From an uncultured delta proteobacterium (GTDB taxonomy: Bacteria > Desulfobacterota > Syntrophobacteria > BM002): a stretch of 64,000 bases of DNA. This document shows positions 1 through 9,900 of the stretch, piece by piece. Every line of letters begins with the position of its first letter. Position 1 is the first letter of the stretch. Under the pieces are notes generated by a model. It saw only the letters and a list, made by a program, of their open reading frames with translations, was not told where the DNA came from and searched no databases. The stretch lies in the NCBI GenBank assembly GCA_963712115.1, contig CAVQGX010000019.1, forward strand, positions 25,293 through 89,292, given 5' to 3'. A program made the position numbers and the translations under genes.

Positions 1-1558
1 AGGGAGGCTCCTTTCCCCCGACGATCTGGCCAGCGATAATGAAAGTCAAATAGCCACAGTGTACCGGATTTATCAGTACACTTTGGAAAAAAATAATTTT
101 CTGGATTTCGACGATTTAATTAGTAGGCTGGTTCTTCGCTGGGAAGGAGAGCCTATGCTCCTTGCCCGGCACCAAAGACTATTCAGGATGATTTTGGTAG
201 ATGAATTTCAGGACGTAAATAAGGCCCAATACCGCTGGCTCCAACTCCTAGCCGGACCGCACCGTAACCTGTGCGTTGTGGGGGATACAGATCAATCCAT
301 TTACGGTTTTCGTGGCTCCCATGTAACCATTTTCCAGCGGTTTCAGGAAGATTTTTCTGACACACGGGTGATAAAGCTGGAGCAAAACTATCGCTCCAGC
401 CAGCGTATTTTGGAAGCTGCAGTTGAGGTTATTTCTCATAATGCCAATCCTCTTACCTGTAAGCTTTGGAGCGAGGGTGTTCCTGGTTCACCTCTCCGAC
501 TAGGTCGACTTGGTGACGACAAACAAGAGGCTCGCTTTATAGTGAATGAAATTGACAGGCTTGTGGGCGGGAGCAGTCACTATCAGATCTACCAGAGCAA
601 AGACATTAGGGCCCCAGAGGGAGATCAATACAGCTTCAGTGACTTTGCTATACTTTATCGGACCCATGCCCAAAGCCGCCCACTGGTCGAGGCTTTTTCC
701 AGCGCCGGCATCCCCTTCCAAGTCGTAGGAGAAAAAGCTCCCTTTGCAACCCAAGCTGCAGACGCGCTACTCGCATACCTTTGCTATGCCGTGGACACCT
801 CCAGCAGCAAAAATCTTAAAATTATTTTTAACCTCCCTCCCCGAGGTCTTGGCGACAAAGCCTGGCAGTGGCTGGCTGGGGAGATTGACAAGGGGACCAG
901 CTCCTGGGAGGCTTTGCGTCTGGCCAGTAGAAATCGTGGTTTTCCTGTGCGTTACCAGTCAGCTACTGATCTTCTGAGGCGCGCCATTATTTCACTGCAA
1001 AACTTTATGGTCGAACTGCCACTGGCGGAAATGTTAGCAAGAGCCTGGGAGGAAACTGGCCTGCGCCAGTATTTTGCTGAAGTAGCTTCAGCACAAGAAA
1101 GCTTTAGCTGGCTTCATCTACTTGCTGGACTCCATGGTGATAAACCGGCAATTGAGACCTTACCCTCTTTCCTTGATGACCTATCCCAGTGGCGGGCTGG
1201 TGACTTTTTCGATCCCCGGGCTGATGCGGTGGCAATGATGACCTTGCATGCAGCGAAAGGTTTAGAGTTCCCCGTGGTCTTCATCTGCGGTCTGGATCAA
1301 GATCTCCTTCCACTGGCTCACAAAAATCAAGACCAGGAAGCTCTACAGGAGGAGCGTCGACTCTTTTACGTGGCTATGACTAGAGCCCGCCATCGTCTAA
1401 TACTTTCAACGGTCGATCGTCGGTCCTTCTATGGGGAATACCGGACTTGCAAGCCTTCGACTTTTATCAAAGAAATCCCGGCCCACTGTGTTGAAGCAGT
1501 GTCCCCCCCCATAAAGAAGAAGAAACCCCCGAAGGAAAAGCAGCTTACTTTGTTTTGA
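1..1558 (+). CDS. UvrD/PcrA/Rep-family SF1 DNA helicase, 5'-truncated by the window edge
   Basis: Motifs LVDEFQDVN, VGDTDQSIYGFRG, LEQNYRS, MTLHAAKGLEF, EERRLFYVAMTRA. Frame is open from position 2, so the true start is upstream. Ends with QLTLF. Confidence 0.93.
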   Translation, partial: GRLLSPDDLASDNESQIATVYRIYQYTLEKNNFLDFDDLISRLVLRWEGEPMLLARHQRLFRMILVDEFQDVNKAQYRWLQLLAGPHRNLCVVGDTDQSIYGFRGSHVTIFQRFQEDFSDTRVIKLEQNYRSSQRILEAAVEVISHNANPLTCKLWSEGVPGSPLRLGRLGDDKQEARFIVNEIDRLVGGSSHYQIYQSKDIRAPEGDQYSFSDFAILYRTHAQSRPLVEAFSSAGIPFQVVGEKAPFATQAADALLAYLCYAVDTSSSKNLKIIFNLPPRGLGDKAWQWLAGEIDKGTSSWEALRLASRNRGFPVRYQSATDLLRRAIISLQNFMVELPLAEMLARAWEETGLRQYFAEVASAQESFSWLHLLAGLHGDKPAIETLPSFLDDLSQWRAGDFFDPRADAVAMMTLHAAKGLEFPVVFICGLDQDLLPLAHKNQDQEALQEERRLFYVAMTRARHRLILSTVDRRSFYGEYRTCKPSTFIKEIPAHCVEAVSPPIKKKKPPKEKQLTLF

Positions 1559-1571
1559 CGCATGGCGCATG

Positions 1572-1768
1572 GAGCAGGTTCAATATCAAATTCGAAATCC
1601 TAAGCACGAAGCACTAAACAAATCCGAATTACCAAAATCCAAATGACCCAAACGGGATAAATCAAATCGATATTAATAGTTCTCGTTTTGAACATTGGAG
1701 AATTGGAAATTTGAATTTGTTTCGATTTGATATTCGGATTTCGGATTTATCTGCTAGCCCCATGCCCT
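1572..1768. repeat. Imperfect palindromic heptamer-repeat element, copy A
   Basis: AAATTCG/AAATCCT/AAATCCG-type units on the left, CGGATTT/GAATTTG units on the right. Near-identical to 15812-16021 and related to 23207-23370. Confidence 0.85.
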
Positions 1769-1874
1769 GTGCTCCATGCCCGCCAAAGCCTGGGCGAAGG
1801 CGGGTGGTTGCTGCCGCCCAAATCCACCGTCTAATTTAATTATCAGGACTGAAGTCAAGGGCTTATGGAGTATT

Positions 1875-2060
1875 CCTGATCACCAGCAAGGTATTAGATG
1901 CAAGGCGCCGAGGAGCGACGCCTGAGGCGTATGGAGCAATACGCCGCAAGCATGCCCCCGCGAAGGCGGGGGAGGAGCGATCGAAGGCAACGCCGCCCTT
2001 CGACTTTGCTCAGGGCCGTGAGCCTGTCGAACGGCAGATGATGCCTTGCTGGTGATCAGG
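1875..2060. mobile_element. MITE-like element (family C) with 17-bp perfect terminal inverted repeats
   Basis: CCTGATCACCAGCAAGG at 1875-1891 and its reverse complement at 2044-2060. Internal GAGGCGTA..TACGCCGCA hairpin. No credible CDS. Confidence 0.7.
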
Positions 2061-2130
2061 GTGCCAGCTGGTGAGTTGCTCTTTACCCTCCTTTGTGGTA
2101 ACTCCAAAAATTGATTGGAGAAATGTGATA

Positions 2131-4248
2131 ATGGCCGGTCAAAGCTTAAATAGCCCCGCTGTTAACTCATTGCCTCTGCAGCCTGTAGAGGCAATCAAAG
2201 GTGTAGGGCCTCGATTGGCTCGTCACCTCAAAGCCAAAGGCTTGATCACCGTAGAAGATCTTCTTTTCAATCTGCCTCTGGGCTATCTGGATCAGCGGGG
2301 CGGCCTACAGATCAGCAGGCTGCGCCCAGGCGATTACGTCAGTTTTGTGGCCACAGTTTTAGGCGCCCGCGAGGTCCAATATCGCCGCCGCAAAATCTAC
2401 CAAGTAACCCTCAGCGATGGCACCGGTATGGTAACAGCCAAATGGTTCCACTACGGCCGTTGGCTGATTCAGCGCTTTCAGCGGATAAAAGGGAGCCTTA
2501 GGGTGAGCGGTACTTTGCGTGTCTTCGCCGGACATCTGGAGATTCATCACCCGGAGATTGAGGAAGAAGAGGTAGCGACTGAAGAAGATGGTGGCGGGAT
2601 AGTGCCCCGTTACAGCCCCATACCCGGAGTAGCCCCGCGAGCCTATCGCCGCATTATGAAGGAGGTGGTAGACAGCTTCGTTCCCCAGTTGGTGGAGACT
2701 TTTCCTGATGCTGTGCGTCAATACTTCAAACTTCTTGACTTGCAGAGTGCATTGCGCCAGGTTCACTTCCCAAAGGAATTGTCGGAAGCCGAGAAAACTC
2801 GAAAGCTCTCACCTGGATTACGCCGGCTTATTTTCGAAGAACTCTTCTTCCTGGAACTCCTGATCATTCGAAGTCGGGAGGAGTTGTCCAGTGAAACCGG
2901 TCATCCCATGATCCTTAATCGAGATTTCCTGGGCCGAGTGGGCAAATTGCTCCCTTTCAGCCTCACTAAAGCTCAAAAGAGGGTTATGCGAGAGATCGCT
3001 GCCGACCTCGGTCAAAAGCGTCCCATGAACCGACTGATCCAGGGAGATGTAGGTTGCGGCAAGACTATAGTCGCCCTACTCACGGCACTCATAGTGATTT
3101 CCAATGGATTTCAGGCTGCAGTGATGGCGCCCACCGAGATTCTGGCCCACCAACACTTTGTCAATTTGAAGCCCTTTGCCGAACCTCTTGGGGTGGACCT
3201 GGTCCTATTAACCTCCAAGCTAAAGTCGAAGGAGAAGCAGTCAAGCACAGAGGCTATTGCCAGCGGTGAGGCTCGTCTGGTAATCGGCACCCATGCGTTG
3301 GTCCAAAAGCACGTCACTTTTAAGCGACTTGGCCTGGTGATCATAGATGAGCAACATCGTTTCGGCGTACTCCAACGGTTGGCCCTCAGGCACAAGGGTG
3401 GGAGTCCTCACGTCCTGGTAATGACTGCAACCCCCATACCGCGGACTTTAGCAATGACCGTATATGGCGATTTAGATGTTTCTGTTATTGATGAACTCCC
3501 GCCCGGTAGAACTCCAGTGGAAACCCAATTAATACATGCCAAGCAAAGGAAGAAGGCTTACGAGCTTCTGCGGCAAGAGTTTACTCGAGGCCGGCAAGCC
3601 TACATCATCTATCCTTTGGTAGAGGAATCTGAAAAGTCAGATTTGAAAGATGTCACCACCATGACTGAGCATCTGCAAAAAGAGATCTTCCCTGACATCC
3701 CTATGGCTATGCTACACGGCCGCATGGCTGGGGAAGAAAAACAGAAGATCATGACTGCTTTTGCCAGTAAACAATTACAGCTTCTAGTTGCCACCACAGT
3801 AATCGAGGTGGGAATTGATGTACCAGACGCCACTGTAATGGTTGTTGAACATCCGGAGAGATTCGGGCTCTCTCAGCTTCACCAACTACGAGGCCGGGTG
3901 GGGCGCAGCAGCCACCGTTCCTATTGCCTTTTAATCTACGAAGGTGGTGGTCTGGAAACGAGACAACGGCTGGCCATTATGGAACAAAGCAACGATGGCT
4001 TTCGGATCGCCGAAGAAGATTTGCGTATACGAGGTCCGGGTGACCTGATTGGGGTTCATCAAGCTGGCTTCATTGACCTAAAGCTGGCAAATTTAGTCCG
4101 GGATGCAGACACACTGGCGGCAGCGAGGCAAGCCGCTTTGACTCTAATGAAAAAGGACCCCAAATTGACAAAATCAGCCCATGCAGCCATTAAAGACAAA
4201 ATCCAGCGACAGAGCTTGCAGGCTGCCGAGCTGCTGAAGACTTCCTAG
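2131..4248 (+). CDS. recG: ATP-dependent DNA helicase RecG
   Basis: Motifs IKGVGP, RLIQGDVGCGKT, IIDEQHRFGV, MTATPIPRTL, QLHQLRGRVGR, DGFRIAEEDLRIRGPG. ATG 2131 follows GGAG. Confidence 0.97.
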   Translation: MAGQSLNSPAVNSLPLQPVEAIKGVGPRLARHLKAKGLITVEDLLFNLPLGYLDQRGGLQISRLRPGDYVSFVATVLGAREVQYRRRKIYQVTLSDGTGMVTAKWFHYGRWLIQRFQRIKGSLRVSGTLRVFAGHLEIHHPEIEEEEVATEEDGGGIVPRYSPIPGVAPRAYRRIMKEVVDSFVPQLVETFPDAVRQYFKLLDLQSALRQVHFPKELSEAEKTRKLSPGLRRLIFEELFFLELLIIRSREELSSETGHPMILNRDFLGRVGKLLPFSLTKAQKRVMREIAADLGQKRPMNRLIQGDVGCGKTIVALLTALIVISNGFQAAVMAPTEILAHQHFVNLKPFAEPLGVDLVLLTSKLKSKEKQSSTEAIASGEARLVIGTHALVQKHVTFKRLGLVIIDEQHRFGVLQRLALRHKGGSPHVLVMTATPIPRTLAMTVYGDLDVSVIDELPPGRTPVETQLIHAKQRKKAYELLRQEFTRGRQAYIIYPLVEESEKSDLKDVTTMTEHLQKEIFPDIPMAMLHGRMAGEEKQKIMTAFASKQLQLLVATTVIEVGIDVPDATVMVVEHPERFGLSQLHQLRGRVGRSSHRSYCLLIYEGGGLETRQRLAIMEQSNDGFRIAEEDLRIRGPGDLIGVHQAGFIDLKLANLVRDADTLAAARQAALTLMKKDPKLTKSAHAAIKDKIQRQSLQAAELLKTS

Positions 4249-4400
4249 TTTCCAGGGTTTTAGGTGTCAGGTTTCAGAGGGAGAATGGAACCACAGAGAG
4301 CACAGAGGTGATTGCAGATTTGGAAACTTTCTAGTTCCTACTTTTGCCAATCTACAATCTGAAATCTAAAATCACCTGTGGCAGCATCAGGATTAGAGCT

Positions 4401-5621
4401 ATGCAAAGGTTAATTTCCTTACTAGGCATTCCAGGGCTTTTACTCATTGCCTTTATTTTCTCCAAGGACCGACGGAAGCTCCCATACAAAATAATTCTGG
4501 GGGGCATTGGTCTTCAGTTTATCTTTGCCCTTGTGGTTTTGCGCACCCGGATCGGCCATAAGATTTTCTATTGGGTGGGCCGGGGTGCCGAGAAGTTGAT
4601 TGGTTTTACCCAATCGGGCTCCACCTTCGTCTTTGGTGATCTCATGAATGTTGAAAAATTCGGCTTTATCATCGCCTTTCAAGTTTTGCCGGTGATCATC
4701 TTTTTTTCTTCCCTGTCGGCTATCCTTTACCATTTCGGCATTTTGCAGTGGTTGGTGCGACAAATGGCACGTATCTTTACTCGCACATTGGGTGTTTCTG
4801 GGGCAGAGGCCCTCAGTGTTGCAGCCAATGTGTTCGTCGGCATGGTGGAAGCACCCATTCTAGTTAGACCCTATGTAGAAAAAATGACCGAATCGGAACT
4901 CTTCTGTCTAATGAGCGCCGGCATGGCAACCATCGCCGGCAGTGTCATGGCAGCTTACATCGGCATCCTTCAGCCTCACTTTCCGCAAGTGGCAGGTCAT
5001 ATCCTCTCGGCCAGCCTTATGAGTGCACCTGCAGCCGTGGTAATTGCCAAAATCATGATCCCTGAAAGCGAAACTCCCCTCACAGCCGGCAAAGTCCAGA
5101 TTACCTACGAAAAACAGGACGTAAATTTCATTGACGCCGCCGCCCGTGGTGCCATCGACGGAGTACATTTGGCCATCTTTGTTGCTGCCATGCTCATTGC
5201 CTTCATCGCTCTGGTAGCCATGGTCAATGCTTTTTTTGGCTTGTTCGGCACTAGCTTTGAGACCATTTTGGGTTGGCTCTTCGCCCCCATTGCCTTTCTC
5301 ATGGGGATTCCTTGGAAAGAAGCGGTTCAGGTGGGATCATTGCTGGGGCAAAAGACAGTACTGAACGAGTTTGTCGCTTACCTGAACCTGGCCAAGGGAC
5401 TGGCCAGTGGTGAGATTAGCCTGAGTGGACGTTCCCTCACCATAGCAACCTATGCCCTCTGCGGCTTTGCCAATTTCGGCTCCCTCGGCATCATGATAGC
5501 CGGCATAGGGGGTATGGCCCCAAGCAAACGCCATGTTCTGGCAAGACTGGGAATCCTCTCTATTATTTCAGGTTCTTTGGCTGCTTTTCTCACCGCTACC
5601 ATCGCGGGAGTCTTGGTGTAA
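4401..5621 (+). CDS. Concentrative nucleoside transporter (NupC/CNT family)
   Basis: Hydrophobic protein with VLPVIIFFSSL, GMATIAGSV, NEFVAYL, YALCGFANFGS. Confidence 0.93.
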   Translation: MQRLISLLGIPGLLLIAFIFSKDRRKLPYKIILGGIGLQFIFALVVLRTRIGHKIFYWVGRGAEKLIGFTQSGSTFVFGDLMNVEKFGFIIAFQVLPVIIFFSSLSAILYHFGILQWLVRQMARIFTRTLGVSGAEALSVAANVFVGMVEAPILVRPYVEKMTESELFCLMSAGMATIAGSVMAAYIGILQPHFPQVAGHILSASLMSAPAAVVIAKIMIPESETPLTAGKVQITYEKQDVNFIDAAARGAIDGVHLAIFVAAMLIAFIALVAMVNAFFGLFGTSFETILGWLFAPIAFLMGIPWKEAVQVGSLLGQKTVLNEFVAYLNLAKGLASGEISLSGRSLTIATYALCGFANFGSLGIMIAGIGGMAPSKRHVLARLGILSIISGSLAAFLTATIAGVLV

Positions 5622-5817
5622 AAATAATAACGCAAAGCGCAGAGCGCCAAGCGCGAAGCGTTTGCTATTTACCGTTTACTATCATTTTCGCTATGCGCTA
5701 TGCTCTTTGCGTCAACCTTGACCTTTGCTCCCCCATTAAGTATGGGTTAAATTTTCTAGGTCAAATATTCTCTTTACTTGAAATAGCGAAAAAATCGTCC
5801 ATTGAAAAAAACGGATA

Positions 5818-6756
5818 ATGAAACATAACTCAAGCCATTCCATTCAATCTCACCCCGCAAGTCTTCAGGATCTTTTTCAGTCTGGCAACCGCAAGGACTT
5901 TGTCGCCCAAGTGCGAAATGCACTAAACCAGCTACTAGTAAAACTCCATGTGGAAGGTCATTATGATCAGGTCATAACTTTGGTAAAGCGAGAACCCTGC
6001 TATCGCGAATTGAACAACACCTGGGAGGAGATAAAACCCTCGGCTCGCAGCCAAAAGTGGTATGAACTCATGGAACTTCTCATCCAGATAGCTTACTCTA
6101 CCCGGCCATATTGTCTGCGTTGTGGGGAATGCTGCCGGTTAGGAAGTCCTTCCCTGCACCTTGAAGATGTAGATCTTCTGGCCAGGGGGTTGATATCATT
6201 CAGGCAGATATACACCCTCAGGCGAGGCGAACCGGTAAGATTAAATATCGAAGCGAAGCTGAGTACCCTCCCGAGTGAGCTAATCAAGTTCAAAGAAGAT
6301 CAGGAGAAGGGGTATTGCAGGTTCTATTCAGAGAACCAGAATAGCTGTGGTATTTATGAGAACCGGCCACTCCAATGCCGTTTCCAGCAGTGTTGGAACC
6401 CAGAAGCTCTAGAGAAACTTTGGCAAGAACAAAAGCTTACCAGGCGTGACATTTTAGAAAACGATCAAGACCTAATGGAACTGCTGGAACTCCACGATGA
6501 ACGTTGTGATCCCGAAAGACTAAATCATCTTTTCATCCAGTTGCACAATACCCGGGACATGACAGTGCTAGATCAGGTGTTGGAGATGCTCAGACAGGAC
6601 GTGGCCATCAGAAGTCTTGCCACGACAAAACTGAATCGTGATGAGGAAGAGCTGGATTTCCTCTTAGGTAGACCTTTGGCTGAAATTCTGCGCCCTTACG
6701 GTTTCAGGGTGGAAATGGATCAAGATGGAGTCTACCACCTGGTTGAGGTTCGATAA
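5818..6756 (+). CDS. YkgJ/CxxCxxCC-family cysteine-cluster protein
   Basis: CLRCGECC, CRFY, CGIYENRPLQCR pattern. Confidence 0.8.
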   Translation: MKHNSSHSIQSHPASLQDLFQSGNRKDFVAQVRNALNQLLVKLHVEGHYDQVITLVKREPCYRELNNTWEEIKPSARSQKWYELMELLIQIAYSTRPYCLRCGECCRLGSPSLHLEDVDLLARGLISFRQIYTLRRGEPVRLNIEAKLSTLPSELIKFKEDQEKGYCRFYSENQNSCGIYENRPLQCRFQQCWNPEALEKLWQEQKLTRRDILENDQDLMELLELHDERCDPERLNHLFIQLHNTRDMTVLDQVLEMLRQDVAIRSLATTKLNRDEEELDFLLGRPLAEILRPYGFRVEMDQDGVYHLVEVR

Positions 6757-6833
6757 AGTCGGGCCTCCCCCAATCAAACCTCTGACAATTTGCCCCGACT
6801 CAATACCCGTCCCCTATTTTTTCAAGCCCCTAT

Positions 6834-6849
6834 TGGCATATGGCTTGCA
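6834..6849 (+). promoter_or_regulatory. Putative sigma-54 (-24/-12) promoter
   Basis: TGGCATATGGCTTGCA fits GG-N10-GC, about 80 bp upstream of ATG 6928. Confidence 0.6.
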
Positions 6850-6927
6850 TCTTGGCAAATATGGCTTGAAAGGTTATTTCCACTGCAGCAAAAGCTACTG
6901 TTTCAATAACAGGCTCGAGGGACTAGT

Positions 6928-9900
6928 ATGGCATATCAAGATCTACTCTATTTTCTCCAAAATGTGGGCAAGGATCCCTCGCGCCTGATCTTCGAAGACG
7001 AGCTCACTGGTATATATAACCGCCGTTTTCTCCTCAACTATTTCGAATACAAAATCCCCTGGGATTCCTTGGAGAACCACCCGGTGTCGTTGATCATGCT
7101 GGACATAGACTATTTCAAACAAATCAACGACACCCACGGTCATGAGGCCGGAGATCAGGCTCTCATCTGGGTGGCCACCTTGTTGCGGGAGGTAGCTGGT
7201 GAAGCGGGATTGCCCGTCCGTTATGCTGGAGACGAGTTCATCATACTCCTGCCCAAAGCTAAGAAACAGGCTGCTCTGCAAATTGGTGAACGCTTAGTCG
7301 AGCTGGTCCATGAAAAACCAGTTCACCTAGAGGGGACGGAAGATGAATTTTCTCTAACCCTGAGTATTGGCGTAGCCTCAGCACCAGAAGACGCCCAGAC
7401 TGGCAAGGATCTCATCCAGAAAGCAGATACAGCCCTCTATTTTTCCAAAAAAACAGGCCGTGATCGACTCGCCAACGCCAGTTTGGTAACCCCTCATGAG
7501 GTCTCAGACAGAACAGCCCTTTACCACCTTGATAAAGCGACGATTGCCGGCCGACAGGCTCAACTCGCCACCGTGGCTGAGGCCCTAAAGAGATTCAGCG
7601 AAGGCAAAAGTCAGTTTCTCATTGTCGAGGGGGCAGCCGGCCTAGGGAAGAGCGAGTTTTTAGACACAATTCAAAAAAATATCTCGGAAAGCAAAGATTT
7701 GCAGATTAAGGTCAGTGGTGTAGCCCAAGAGCTCTTTCGACCTTACTATTTAACCACCAACATCCTAATTGAAACATTCAACCGGCTACCCGACAAGGGC
7801 ATCAAAATCCTTGAGAGTCTGAATCCTAAAGAAATCTATTACCTTTCCCACATCCTTCCTCAGTTGGGAGAATCCGAAGGCTACAGCAAGGACGGCGAAA
7901 AAGCTCAGCGAGAGGGTCTCTTTACCACCCTCGTACGTTTCATCCCAAAGGTTCTCAATTCCCGTCCTTCCATATTGCTCGTTGACGATCTGCACTTTGC
8001 TGACGAGGCCACCTTGCTCCTTCTGCGCCGGCTGATCCTGGATGGAGGTTTTCCTGTATTTATATGTGCCACTGCAGCAGACACCCGCCATGACAAGTCG
8101 GAGGGAGATCCACCCCCCTTGGAACGCTTTTATGCTTCCTATTGCAAAGATTTGGACATACACAAGGTCAGCCTAACACCGCTTACCGCTGCACACATCG
8201 CCGAACATCTACGAGGAGTTTTCCCTCAGTTAGATTTGCCCAAAAATTTTGAGAACAACATAGCCAAGATCACTCAGGGAAATCCGTTGTTTCTAAACGA
8301 AATCGTGCGCAAGCTGGTAATGGACAGGAAAATTAACCTAGTGGGCAACCAGTGGGTGGTTGAACCTTTGGGAGAAGGTTACCTTCCCGAATCTCTCGAG
8401 CAGATCGTGAGCGAGAAGATCGCCGCTTTAGATGAGGAAAGCAGATCGCTGTTAGATCAAGTTTCCACCTTTGGCGAAAATGTTTCATTGAGTATGCTCT
8501 CAGGAAGCTCTGAAGAAATGGAAGCAAAAGTCCTGGAATTCCTCGACCAGGCAGTGGCCCAAGGCTTAGTGAGCTCTGAATTTCAGATTAATGATGAGAC
8601 AATTCGCTTCCTGAGTAAGAGAGTTTTGGACATCGCCTACGGTGCCATAGAGGAGGAACGCAAACAAGAGTTGCACGAACGTGTGGGTACCTACCAGGAA
8701 GTCCTTTTCGAGCAACATCTCATCCCTTCAGCTGCCACTTTGGCCTATCACTTCAAGCGTTCCACCAATCAGGAAAAGGCCGGGAACTACGAAAAACTGC
8801 AGGCAAGTTCGAACAATAGATTATTCGACGCAGCAGAGGCAGTCTACTACACTGCTGAGAGGTCACCTGAAGCTGCTCCCGATACCAGTCCGCTGGATAA
8901 GAACAGCTTGCCGCTAATTCCCGCCGTGATCCGCTCAATGCTCTTGGTGGTGCGCAACTTGAAGCTCTATCCTCCCGGAAGTAAGGCTATCGTAGCAGCC
9001 AATCGGCAGATGAAGGAGGTAATCGACCAGTTTCTGAAAAAAAATGAGCTTCTCTCGCTCTTTGGTATCAAGAGTGCCTTAATCGTCAATGGCCAGAAAA
9101 TTGATGTGACCGAATACAAGTACTTCGCCGAGTCCTTTTTGAAGCTCCTGAGCCGCTTTGAACTCAAAGGCATAACCTTTAGAAAGGGCCTTACAGAGAA
9201 GGAATTACAAATATTGCTTGAGGCCTTCGGTCGGGTTAAGCACGACATGATTGACCAGCATTTCTGGCAACGCTTTTTAGGGGAGCAGCGGATTGTCAAT
9301 ATTGAGATGACTCAGGTTCGCTATACGGTGATCACTGATTCGACCAGCCAAGCACACACCGCTCAACTTGTTGCCGGTGAGGATGGTTTATCTGCGGTAG
9401 AGATCGCTGCCCAACTGGAAGATGCCGAACAGGGCATGGATGAGCACGACATCAGGGAACTACCCGAGATCATACGCACCCTGCTTAATGCGGCGAGAAG
9501 TATAAAACTCTACCCACTGAAAAGCAAAGCTATCGCAGCTGCCTTAGAGCTGCTGCAGCAATCCCTCAAGAGTATCTTGGACAGAAAACCAGCTCTTACC
9601 CTGGCGCGGGTTGGGGACTCTCTTCTGGTCAACGGGGAAAAGATCGACATTTCAGAGTTTGAAACACTGGCTCAGGCCTTTCTCAAATTCCTTGACTCCC
9701 TTTCCCTAACTAGTCTCACCTTTCTGGCCACCGTCTCTTCCGATGAACTGCAAGCATTTGTTGGCTCCCTCGGGCAGCTTCCTACCTCTGAGTTGGATGG
9801 CAACTATTGGGCAAATTTAGCAAAAGAGAAGGGACTGAGGGGTATTCTCTTCGACCTGCGTCTCTATGAAGCACGAGTCTCAGCTGCTAGGATGACTCCC

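Noticed and set aside
7120-7240. Possible Hypr-type (cGAMP-forming) GGDEF
   Set aside because: Both paralogs keep Asp in GHEAGD; Hypr enzymes have Ser/Thr at that position.
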